From an uncultured Rhizobium sp. (GTDB taxonomy: Bacteria; Pseudomonadota; Alphaproteobacteria; SMXQ01), in the NCBI GenBank assembly GCA_964628235.1, contig CAZVLU010000005.1, positions 16,296 to 80,295 on the forward strand: a stretch of DNA of 64,000 bases, read 5' to 3'. Each line of letters begins with the position of its first letter. The stretch's first letter is position 1. Below are positions 49,471-57,675 of this stretch, piece by piece. Below the pieces are notes generated by a model that ran no database searches, was not told where the DNA came from, and saw nothing but the letters and a program-made list of their open reading frames with translations. Position numbers and translations under genes: made by a program.

Positions 49471-49572
49471 AGGGCGCGGGCTTCGCCGCCCGCTCGCCGC
49501 CGCCCTCTCCCCTGGGGTCTTGGGCGCGGGGCTTCGGACAAATTGTCTTAGCAACGGCCGAGACCAGGCCCC

Positions 49573-49600
49573 AATAAAAAGGCCCGCCGATCATGGCGGA
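49573..49600 (-). terminator. rho-independent terminator of the antisense operon
   Basis: minus strand: CCGCCatgatcGGCGGgcctttttatt. Confidence 0.5.
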
Positions 49601-49679
49601 CCTTGCTGTCGTTTGTAGAGCCAGGCAGCGAGCCGCCCGGCATAGATGGCAGGGAGCGAGACCAGCCCGCAGAGCCCGG

Positions 49680-49949
49680 CTAAGGCGAGGAGCCAGAACA
49701 GCATGGACGCCCCCCTAGCTTTTCCCATTGCAGGCGGTCGTATTCCGCCACAAGCCTAGGCGAGCCGCGACCGATGGCGGGGCGCGTCGCGTAGGCGTTC
49801 TCTATCGCGAGCATGGCGAAGGCGACGCCTTCGGGGTCTTTCTTGGCGTTCTCCGCATTCTGGCTTGTCGGGTAGGCGTAGACAGTCGCGCCTGTCTTCG
49901 TGTCGCCGCAGACGAACGCGCCGTCGGGCATGAGCTTGTGCAGGATCAT
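49680..49949 (-). CDS. hypothetical protein
   Basis: 89 aa, last gene of antisense operon. Confidence 0.35.
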   Translation of the reverse strand: MILHKLMPDGAFVCGDTKTGATVYAYPTSQNAENAKKDPEGVAFAMLAIENAYATRPAIGRGSPRLVAEYDRLQWEKLGGRPCCSGSSP

Positions 49950-49953
49950 GGCG

Positions 49954-50643
49954 CTAGTCCTCTTCGGGGAAGCTGTCGGATTGCTCGCCCCGCTCGTGCT
50001 GATAGCGCGCCAGTCCGGCGGCCAGCTCGTCGCTTGTGGCGAGACGCCAGCCGTCGGGCAGGTTCTCCGCTCCGTCGTCGCCGTCGACGGTTTCGTCTTC
50101 GGGGTCTAGCTCTGCGTCGAAATTGCCGCGCGCCGATTCGAGAGCTTCGTCGAAGGGCTGCAAGTCGTCGACGCGCGCCAGGTGCATGAGATCGCAAAGC
50201 AGGTCGCGGAGGTGGCTTTCGTCGGGTTGTGGATCGCCGAGGGCGGCCCGATAGGCTTCGAGAGCCGCGCGGGCGCGCTCGGCGCGGTCTTCGTTCGTCG
50301 GCTCGCTTGTGAGAGGTTGCCGCGCGGCCGCTTCTAATTCGTCGTCTGTGTTTTCCTCCGTCGCGTCGGCTGCGGCTGACACCAGCGCGGCGGCCGCTGC
50401 GTCGGGCTGCGTGCCCTGCCCTTGCATGATCGCGGGCGTGGCGTCGAGATTGATATGCTCGCAAAGCTCGTCTATTTCGTCCGGGCTTAGGGGCTTGTCG
50501 TGATCGCCGTTGGCGATATCCCAAATCATGCGTTGTTGCGCCTTAGAGGGTGAGCTGCGCCGCTGGTGCCAGTGTTGCCAGAAGCGAAGCGCCGCAAGTG
50601 TGGTGTCGCGTTGGCGTTCGGATATTTCCAGGTCGATTTGCAT
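49954..50643 (-). CDS. highly acidic hypothetical protein
   Basis: Start moved to MQIDLEISERQ (RBS aaggacag); ~25% D/E. Confidence 0.5.
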   Translation of the reverse strand: MQIDLEISERQRDTTLAALRFWQHWHQRRSSPSKAQQRMIWDIANGDHDKPLSPDEIDELCEHINLDATPAIMQGQGTQPDAAAAALVSAAADATEENTDDELEAAARQPLTSEPTNEDRAERARAALEAYRAALGDPQPDESHLRDLLCDLMHLARVDDLQPFDEALESARGNFDAELDPEDETVDGDDGAENLPDGWRLATSDELAAGLARYQHERGEQSDSFPEED

Positions 50644-50654
50644 GATGGCTGTCC

Positions 50655-51089
50655 TTATGGCTGTGTGATCGGGGCGGCCGCGAGGTAGAGCCGCAGGGCG
50701 TCTAGCTCTTCGTGGCTGTCGAGGTATTCGCCTGCCGCGATGTTGGCGTCGGCAGCGTGGCGGCAAGCGCCGTCGAGGTGCGCGAGACATTCGGCGCGAT
50801 GGGCTTCGCTCTGGATCTTCGCGGTTGACGCGAAGGCGTAGAGGCAGAGCCCCGGATCTGTGTCGTTGATGTAAGACGCCCATTCGTGCGCGGCCGCGCT
50901 GGCTTCCTGCGCCGACAAGATCGGGTAAGCCCCGATTTTGGCGAGAGCTGTTTTCAGCTCGATAACGCGGGCGTCTAGCATTTCCTGCGTCGGGAAGCCT
51001 TCTTGGTTCGCCGCGTCCTGCTCGCACCATTCGAGGGCGCTTTTAAGTGCGGCGACGGTCTCCGCGCCAGGGTTGATTTCTTGCTGCAT
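50655..51089 (-). CDS. hypothetical protein
   Basis: 144 aa, coupled in antisense operon. Confidence 0.45.
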   Translation of the reverse strand: MQQEINPGAETVAALKSALEWCEQDAANQEGFPTQEMLDARVIELKTALAKIGAYPILSAQEASAAAHEWASYINDTDPGLCLYAFASTAKIQSEAHRAECLAHLDGACRHAADANIAAGEYLDSHEELDALRLYLAAAPITQP

Positions 51090-51155
51090 CGCTTGTGCTC
51101 CTTGTCCGGTCGAGAGGCAGAAAGGCGCGGCGCTACGGGGCGCCGCGCCAAGCGG

Positions 51156-52028
51156 TTAGGCCGCTTTGAGTTTCTGCATCTCGGCCGCGAGGGTCCAAAG
51201 GGCGCGGTTCAAGGCGACGTTGCCGTCGATACCGTTGACGGGGCGCGTCTGGCGACGCGCGACGCGGCGGCCGTTGGCGTCGCGCTGGACGTAGTCGAGA
51301 CCGCCGCGCACCAAGTTTTCCTGTGCGCGGTTGAACGTCCGCCACAGGTCATTGCCCGCGTCTTCGCGCCGGCGGGGTGCGTTGATGAGAGCCGGCGCGA
51401 TGGGCGCTTTGCCTTCCTCGAAGCGAAGCTCGGCCGCGGCGGCCGCGAAGGCTTCCTGCTCGCCAGGGTGCAATTCGATCGCGCGCATTTCGGCGACGCT
51501 GGCGTCGATCCGCGCGCCGTCTTCGATCACGCGATATGCGCCTTCGATCACTTGGCCGACGATGTCGCCTTTGTGCGGAATGCGGATCGACTGCATTTCG
51601 CCTTCGCAGACCACCAGGCCATTCGAGCAGACCATGCGGAAAAGCCCGCTCATGAGCTGGTAGGACGACGTTCCGTCGTGGCTGTTGAGCATGACCACTT
51701 CGCGCAGGCTGTCGCCGACAGTGACGGAGTCGGCGCGGCGGAAGCGGATGAGGTGCTTGGTAAAGCCCCGCTTTTCTTCGCTGCGCGAGCCGCCCTGCCG
51801 CACCTCATAGGGGAAAAAGCCCTCGTTGCGCAGGCCCGCGAGCACTTCGCGCGTCGGGATATAGGTGTATTTCTCGCTGCGGCTGTCGTGCTTGTCTTCG
51901 GCGAAGACCGAAGGGGCGACGCGCGCGATTTGCTCATCGTCGAGTGCGTCGCGCGAGCGAAGGATCGCGCCGCCCGCGCCAAAGCGAGAGATGCGACCAG
52001 AGCCAGAGGTCATGACGTTTGCATACAT
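51156..52028 (-). CDS. DUF932 (phage/plasmid-related) protein
   Basis: ~290 aa; YTYIPTREVLAGL...MLNSHDGTSSYQLMSGLFRMVCSNGLVV pattern typical of DUF932/TIGR03299. Confidence 0.7.
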   Translation of the reverse strand: MYANVMTSGSGRISRFGAGGAILRSRDALDDEQIARVAPSVFAEDKHDSRSEKYTYIPTREVLAGLRNEGFFPYEVRQGGSRSEEKRGFTKHLIRFRRADSVTVGDSLREVVMLNSHDGTSSYQLMSGLFRMVCSNGLVVCEGEMQSIRIPHKGDIVGQVIEGAYRVIEDGARIDASVAEMRAIELHPGEQEAFAAAAAELRFEEGKAPIAPALINAPRRREDAGNDLWRTFNRAQENLVRGGLDYVQRDANGRRVARRQTRPVNGIDGNVALNRALWTLAAEMQKLKAA

Positions 52029-52087
52029 TGGAGAGCCTTTCCGTTGTGCCCGCTTCGCGGACTGTTCAAAGGCGGGCGTTCCCGTCT

Positions 52088-52145
52088 CTGTATGGCTGTT
52101 GTATGCCTGTTGTATGTCTGTCGTCAACCGCCTTGATTGACAAAA
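52088..52145. promoter_or_regulatory. divergent promoter region with triple TGTTGTATG direct repeat
   Basis: ctgtatggcTGTTGTATGccTGTTGTATGtctgtcgtcaaccgccTTGATTGACAaaaa. Confidence 0.45.
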
Positions 52146-52211
52146 ATTTGCCGAGTAGGCGCGGAGGTGCTAAGGCTATTAGCGCCAATGGGTTACGGCG
52201 GAGGGCAAGGA

Positions 52212-52670
52212 ATGCCAGATCAGCGAGGGCGCAAGACGCCACAAGAAAGCCTCTTCGTTCAGGCGATGGCGGCCACGAATGACGCTGTGTTTTCGGCCCG
52301 TGAGGCCCAATACGCCCACCCCGCGCAACGTGCGCACGATTTAATGAAGCGGCCCGCGATTGTCGCGGAAGTGCTGCAATTGCAGCAGGAACGGCTGTTT
52401 AACGAGATTCTGCCGCTCGCCGTTGAGGTGCATAAGGCTCTCTTGCTCAATCCCGCGACGCCAGCGGGCGCGAAGGTGCGCGCCGTTGAGTTGGCGTATG
52501 ATCGGGCGTTCGGCGCGGAGGGTGCGGCCAGCGGCAAGCAACCGCACGAAATGACGGCCGATGAGCTGGCGCGCGAGCTGGATCGGCTCAAGAGCGAAGC
52601 GGCCGCGCGCGCTCGCCCCGTGATCGAGGGCACGGCCGAGACCGTCGAGGAGCCGGGCGTTTTCGCCTAG
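52212..52670 (+). CDS. terminase small subunit-like protein (Terminase_2-like HTH)
   Basis: TPQESLFVQAMAATNDAVFSAREAQYAHPAQRAHDLMKRPAIVAEVLQLQQE matches KLTPKQE.F...GNATQAA..AGYS...A...LLKNP.V TerS N-domain; RBS ggagg. Confidence 0.55.
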   Translation: MPDQRGRKTPQESLFVQAMAATNDAVFSAREAQYAHPAQRAHDLMKRPAIVAEVLQLQQERLFNEILPLAVEVHKALLLNPATPAGAKVRAVELAYDRAFGAEGAASGKQPHEMTADELARELDRLKSEAAARARPVIEGTAETVEEPGVFA

Positions 52671-52884
52671 CTGCGCCCTGCCTGCGCCCAAGTGTCTAGC
52701 CTAAGTGCTTGTTATACCGTGCTTTGCTTGGCTATATGCAACACTCCGCCCGGCTCGCTGCGCCTGGCGTCGAGCCCTGCCGGGGCGCGCCGCCCGCCGG
52801 GCCGACCCCCGGCCTATAGTCCGACGTCGCGCCGGATTCGGTGCCCCGACGCGCATAAAAATTTGCAGCCGAAAAACATTTTCG

Positions 52885-52940
52885 GACATTCTGTCTGCTA
52901 TCGCTTGACTGAATGACAGACACCGACCTACATTCCGCGT
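52885..52940 (+). promoter_or_regulatory. candidate late promoter flanked by palindromic TGTCTG operator
   Basis: TGTCTGctatcgcTTGACTgaatgaCAGACAccgaccTACATT (TTGACT-N18-TACATT). Confidence 0.4.
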
Positions 52941-53484
52941 AGGCGTCCTGGCGAGAAACCCCGCGCGTAGTTGCTGCCGCAAGCCAGTGGACACGGGCGG
53001 ACCTAACCGCCGGGGCGCCTAGGCGAAAAAACACGGTGAACCTCCCGGCCGTAGGACGGCGCAAGCCGGATCGCGTGATGGTGGCCCGCAAGGGATGGGA
53101 GCCCATCTTTCGCTTATCACCGCGTAACCGTTTCGGCGGCCCGATTTCTTCCACGCCCCCGCAGGAATGCGGAGACGCTGCCAGCCAGCAGTAGGCGCCG
53201 CTTCACAGCGGCAGGGAGTCGGGCCGCCGCAGCGCCGTATCGGTGAGTATCTGGGCGAAGGTGCGCGCCTTCGTCTGCCCCGCGCAGGGCTACCCCGTGA
53301 AGGGGCCGGATGCTCACCGCTGCGGCGACGGAGTAAGCAGGGCCGTACCTGGGCTAACAAGCGACTGTGAAAAGGTCGCCCTATAGCCCGTCAAGTGAGG
53401 GGTAGGACGCCGGGAAGCGAGGCCCGGACTTAGCTAGGGTTGCGCCTAGCCCGCGGTATATCGACAGCCACCGAAGGAGCCACC

Positions 53485-53793
53485 ATGAGCGACGAGAAAT
53501 CCACCGAAGAAATGATCCAGGCGAAGGGCCTGAACGCCCCTCGCCTCACGCCCGAGATGATCGACGCGCAGATCGTCACGAAGCTCTTCCACGTTTTCCC
53601 GAAAACCACCACGACGGTTTGCTGCATCGTTCTCGACAACGGCTACACGGTCGTCGGCGAGAGCGCCTGCGTCAGCCCCGAGAATTTCGACGAAGAGATC
53701 GGCCGCAAGGTGTCCTTCGAGAACGCCCGGCAAAAGATTTGGACGCTCGAAGGCTACGCGCTGCGCAACCGACTGGCGGCCGCTGCCGTCTGA
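53485..53793 (+). CDS. Gp49-like phage protein
   Basis: RBS gaaggag; TTTVCCIVLDNGYTVVGESACVSPENFDEEIGRKVSFENARQKIWTLEGY resembles Phage_gp49_66 family. Confidence 0.45.
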   Translation: MSDEKSTEEMIQAKGLNAPRLTPEMIDAQIVTKLFHVFPKTTTTVCCIVLDNGYTVVGESACVSPENFDEEIGRKVSFENARQKIWTLEGYALRNRLAAAAV

Positions 53794-53825
53794 TTAGCCT
53801 CTGCTCGACTAGTTCGCGTTTGTTG

Positions 53826-53868
53826 AACGCCGCCGGCGCCCTTCCACGGTTCCGGCGGCGTTTTCTTG
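53826..53868 (+). terminator. rho-independent terminator after Gp49-like gene
   Basis: GAACGCCGCCGG-16nt-CCGGCGGCGTTttcttg, 11-bp perfect stem. Confidence 0.55.
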
Positions 53869-53932
53869 ATTTTGTATGATGATGTCTGTAGGTTGCGCCT
53901 GACAACCCGCGTCGCGGCATACATTTAGCCCC

Positions 53933-56386
53933 GTGAGTGTGATGGCCGATCCGAGCAAATACACGCCAGATTACAGCTTCACCGACTATCAGACCTCGGA
54001 GCCGACCCGGCCGCTTCCAGGCGTTCGCGTCGACGTCGAGCTTGCCGCGATCGCCGAATCCATCGACGAAAGCGTCGACGCGATCAAGGACGTGCGGCGC
54101 AGCGACGGCGCGCTGAAAAACGAAATCGTCACGGTCGAGAGCTTGAGCCCCCAGGTCGCGGCCGGCGTCGGCTCGGGCGCTCTGGCTGCGCAAGAGGCCG
54201 CCGAAGCGGCACAGGAAGCGGCGGAAACGGCTCAAACCGCCGCCGAGCTGGCGCAGAGCGGCGCCGAGGCGGCCGAAACGGGCGCGGTCGCCGCGCAGGC
54301 GGCCGCCGAAGGCGCCGCCGAAGGGCTGCCGATCAATCCGAAGCAAGCGCCGTTCAACGCGAAAGGCGACGGCGCCACCGACGACTACGCGGCGATCACC
54401 GCCGCGTTCGCGGCCGCCGCCTCGTCGGGCCGCCGCGTTAAGTTTCCCGCCGGCCGGTTTATGATTAGCCAGCCGATCGACCTTCTCGGGTCGAACGGCA
54501 CCGACGAAAACTACTACGGCATGAGCTTTTCCGGCGAAGGCCACAACGCCGGCCCGACGTTCCGCAAAGTCGCGACGAGCATCGTCCAGACGTCCGACAA
54601 CGTCCCGATCGTCAAGCTGTGGGGGCCGTGCGTACTCACCGACATCGAGTTCGAGTACGAGACCCAGCAGACGACCAGCGACACGGACTCCATCGGTCTT
54701 GAGCTTCACAATTGCTCGGCCAGCGAATTTCACAACATTCGTATCTGGTACGCCCATATCAGCATGGGGCAGCCGCAAGCCGCTTTCGGCGCGACGTCGT
54801 TCAACGCCGTGTGGAACAGCGTTTTCGACAATGTTTCGAGCTATAACGCCTCGCACACGCACTACGATTTCCGCAATTATGCCGGCGGCGGCACGAACAC
54901 GCAGTTCCAGAAGCTCTACATTAACGGCGGCGGCAGCCTCGATTTCGCGACGCAGGGGCAGACCTGCCTCTACGGTATCCGCGGCACGAATTGGTCCGGC
55001 TTCGCGCTGAACGAATTGAGCGTCGACGCCTGCACCTTCACCGAGAAGCTGATCGAGATCGAGAACGCCAATTTTACGATCGACACGATTCGTTTCGAGA
55101 GCGTCGAGTGCCAGAAGAACAACGACGGCTGGATTAAATTCGTCGGCGGACAATGTTCGGTGCGCATCGGCACGCTTGAGCTTTATCGCTGTCGCGGCCT
55201 CGCGGCCAATCTCACGACCGGAACCTATATCCTTTACGCCAACGCGGTTCTGTCGCTGCTTGCCGTCGGCAACATCATCATGTCGAGCAATTGCGATTTT
55301 CCGTCTGGCAAGGTCAATCGCCTGGTCTACGTCGGGGCGACCGACGTCAATTCGGACATTCGCATCGGGCCGTGCAACATCGCGGCGGCCAACGTGAGCG
55401 TCGACGTCTGGACCGAGACGCATAACGGTTTCTCGATCGTCAAGGAGTTCGTCGGCCGCTTTGTGGCTCGCTGGCTCAAGGCCGGCTCGATTAACTCGAA
55501 GGAGTGGGTCGGGACGGCGATTCCGACCGCCGGCGCGCATATCTACGGCGATCGCATGATTTTTGCACAGCCCGGCGACTTTGGTCGTCCGGTCGCGGCG
55601 ATTATCGGCTCGCAGGGCACGCCCGGAACCTGGGCGACTTACGCTTGGGTCGGCGGGCAATTCACCTACACGACCAACGGCGACGCGAACCTGACGTATA
55701 CGCCGAAGGTCTCGCGCGGCTTCTACCTGTTCAACGTGACCTTGACCGCCGCGCGAACGATCACGTTGAGCACCACGGGCGCGACCAACGGCGACATCGC
55801 CGTGTTTTCGCGCCGAGCGGCCGGCGCGTTCCCCGTCAACGTCGGTGCCGGTACTCCGCTCTGTCAGCTTCTCGACTACGAAACCTGCGTCCTTCAATTC
55901 AACGGTGGCGCCTGGGGCGTCATGTTCAAGGGCGCTTTCGCCGATGGGGCGTCGTCCGTCGTCGCGCACAAGAACGGCACCGATCAAACCGGCGTCGTCT
56001 GCGACACGCTGACCAAGGTGACGTTCGCCACCGAGGACAGCGACCCGCAGTCGCTTTGGGACGCGACCAATTCGAGGCTCGTTGCGCTGGTGCCGGCGCG
56101 CTATCGCGTTTCCGCAGCGGTTGCCATCAAGACGACGAACGTCGTCGACGCGACGCCTTACGAGCTGTGGCTCTACAAGAACGGCGCGGCCTACCGTCGG
56201 CTCGACAAGCGACAGGCCAGCGGGACCGGCGAGTTTTCGCTGACGGGCGGCGCGACGTTCTTCGCCGACATCACGACGCCGGACGTATTCGAGATCTATG
56301 TGAAGTGCGGCGCCGCGGCCGAAAGCGATAAGACGATCGACGGCACCGCGACGAACACCTTCATTTGCTGCGAAAAACTCTCCTAG
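53933..56386 (+). CDS. tail fiber / tailspike protein with pectate-lyase-like beta-helix depolymerase domain
   Basis: 817 aa; N-terminal tail-fiber anchor; NAKGDGATDDYAAITAAFAAAASSGRRVKFPAGRF (Pectate_lyase_3 signature); C-terminal receptor-binding domain. Confidence 0.8.
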   Translation: MSVMADPSKYTPDYSFTDYQTSEPTRPLPGVRVDVELAAIAESIDESVDAIKDVRRSDGALKNEIVTVESLSPQVAAGVGSGALAAQEAAEAAQEAAETAQTAAELAQSGAEAAETGAVAAQAAAEGAAEGLPINPKQAPFNAKGDGATDDYAAITAAFAAAASSGRRVKFPAGRFMISQPIDLLGSNGTDENYYGMSFSGEGHNAGPTFRKVATSIVQTSDNVPIVKLWGPCVLTDIEFEYETQQTTSDTDSIGLELHNCSASEFHNIRIWYAHISMGQPQAAFGATSFNAVWNSVFDNVSSYNASHTHYDFRNYAGGGTNTQFQKLYINGGGSLDFATQGQTCLYGIRGTNWSGFALNELSVDACTFTEKLIEIENANFTIDTIRFESVECQKNNDGWIKFVGGQCSVRIGTLELYRCRGLAANLTTGTYILYANAVLSLLAVGNIIMSSNCDFPSGKVNRLVYVGATDVNSDIRIGPCNIAAANVSVDVWTETHNGFSIVKEFVGRFVARWLKAGSINSKEWVGTAIPTAGAHIYGDRMIFAQPGDFGRPVAAIIGSQGTPGTWATYAWVGGQFTYTTNGDANLTYTPKVSRGFYLFNVTLTAARTITLSTTGATNGDIAVFSRRAAGAFPVNVGAGTPLCQLLDYETCVLQFNGGAWGVMFKGAFADGASSVVAHKNGTDQTGVVCDTLTKVTFATEDSDPQSLWDATNSRLVALVPARYRVSAAVAIKTTNVVDATPYELWLYKNGAAYRRLDKRQASGTGEFSLTGGATFFADITTPDVFEIYVKCGAAAESDKTIDGTATNTFICCEKLS

Positions 56387-56395
56387 GGATCGCCC

Positions 56396-56641
56396 ATGTT
56401 CGAGCAAGTTCTATCGAAGACGAAAGCAGCCTTTGCCCTTGGTTTCCTCGTCGCGCCCTTGTGGGCCTCCTCGGCAAAGGCGCAGGCCGCCGTCGGTGCC
56501 GCGCTTCTCGCAACGCCCTGGTGGGCGTCGGCGATGGAGCTTGTGAATTACACGGCGAGCACCTTTGCCGTCGTCTGCGGCGCCATCATTGGCGGTCACG
56601 GCGTCTGGCGCATCATTCGCGGCAAGCTGAAAGGCGAGTGA
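56396..56641 (+). CDS. holin-like membrane protein
   Basis: 81 aa, two TM helices, immediately upstream of endolysin with overlapping stop/start. Confidence 0.45.
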   Translation: MFEQVLSKTKAAFALGFLVAPLWASSAKAQAAVGAALLATPWWASAMELVNYTASTFAVVCGAIIGGHGVWRIIRGKLKGE

Positions 56642-57312
56642 TGGACGACACCGAAACGCTGGCGCGCACGCTCTACGGGGAGGCCGAGGCTAACGATAAG
56701 GCTGACGTCGAGGCGATTGCCGGCGTCGTCTTGAACCGTGCAGCCAACAAGAAATGGCCGAAGAGCATCGCTGCCGTCTGCCGGCAGCCGGCGCAGTTTT
56801 CTTGCTGGAACGCGGACAACCCGCGCCTCGGCAAGATCCTCACCGTGAGCAGCCGCGACAAATGGTACGCCTATTGTTACGGCGTGGCGGCTCGCGCCGT
56901 CGACGGCGATCTCACCGACCCGACGGGCGGCGCGACGCACTACTACGCCAGCTACATCGACACGCCAAAATGGGCCAAGGGCAAGGTGCCTTGCCACGAG
57001 ACGCCAGCGGGAAAATACAATCACCTGTTCTTCAACGACATCGACACGCCGAAGCCGCGTCTCGCCACAGCCGCCAAGGTCACGGCCGGCGCAACGGCCG
57101 CCGCCGGCGCTGCGAGTGCCGTCGTCGACAGTGGCTTGCTCGATCAAGTCAAGCAGGCGGGCGAGATCGCGTCCGGTCTTGAGCCGGTTTTCTCGCTGCT
57201 TGGCAACCTCGGCCCGGCGTTGCCCTACCTCCTCGTCGCCGGCGGTCTCGCGGTCGTCGGCTGGCTCGCCTGGTCGTGGCGGCGTGACCGTAAAGACGGG
57301 GGCCGGACGTGA
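56641..57312 (+). CDS. SleB/CwlJ-type cell-wall hydrolase (endolysin) with C-terminal TM segment
   Basis: TLARTLYGEAEANDKADVEAIAGVVLNRAANKKWPKSIAAVCRQPAQFSCW Hydrolase_2; C-terminal PALPYLLVAGGLAVVGWLAW. Confidence 0.75.
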   Translation: MDDTETLARTLYGEAEANDKADVEAIAGVVLNRAANKKWPKSIAAVCRQPAQFSCWNADNPRLGKILTVSSRDKWYAYCYGVAARAVDGDLTDPTGGATHYYASYIDTPKWAKGKVPCHETPAGKYNHLFFNDIDTPKPRLATAAKVTAGATAAAGAASAVVDSGLLDQVKQAGEIASGLEPVFSLLGNLGPALPYLLVAGGLAVVGWLAWSWRRDRKDGGRT

Positions 57313-57539
57313 GCTTTTTGGTCGGGCTCAAGGCGAAGGCCATCGCCGCCGGGCTTGTCGTTCTGGCGCTTCTCGCCGCGCTGGCGAAAGCGTTCTACGC
57401 CGGCCGCCGTTCGGCAGAGGTCGACAGCATGAAAGACCAGCTCGGCAACGTGGAGGTGCGAAATGAAGTCGATTCGCGGATTGATCGCGCTCCTCCTGTT
57501 GAGCGTCGGCGCCTGCGGGACAAGTGGACCCGCCGTTAA
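57309..57539 (+). CDS. i-spanin-like protein (Rz-like)
   Basis: GTG start overlapping endolysin stop; N-terminal TM AKAIAAGLVVLALLAALA then charged region. Confidence 0.4.
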   Translation: MSFLVGLKAKAIAAGLVVLALLAALAKAFYAGRRSAEVDSMKDQLGNVEVRNEVDSRIDRAPPVERRRLRDKWTRR

Positions 57540-57669
57540 GCCCGGCTGCGAATGGACGTCGCCGATTTACTTGGACAAGGACGACGTTCTGACGGAGCGA
57601 ACGGAGCGCGCCATCATCGCGCTCAACGAAGCCGGCGAGAAAATCTGCGGCTGGCAGCCGCCACAGTGA
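57463..57669 (+). CDS. o-spanin-like outer-membrane lipoprotein (Rz1-like)
   Basis: Lipobox LLSVGAC; starts inside 57309 ORF in another frame (overlapped spanin architecture); RBS ggaggtg. Confidence 0.45.
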   Translation: MKSIRGLIALLLLSVGACGTSGPAVKPGCEWTSPIYLDKDDVLTERTERAIIALNEAGEKICGWQPPQ

Positions 57670-57675
57670 GGATCT

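Noticed and set aside
52732-53154. 140-aa minus-strand ORF and other small ORFs in the 52.7-53.5 kb region
   Set aside because: Arg/Pro/Gly-rich, no RBS, stop codons frequent in all frames; region treated as noncoding.
53933-56386. Diversity-generating retroelement targeting the tailspike C-terminus
   Set aside because: No reverse-transcriptase ORF and no template-repeat copy of the 3' end of the gene found in the window.
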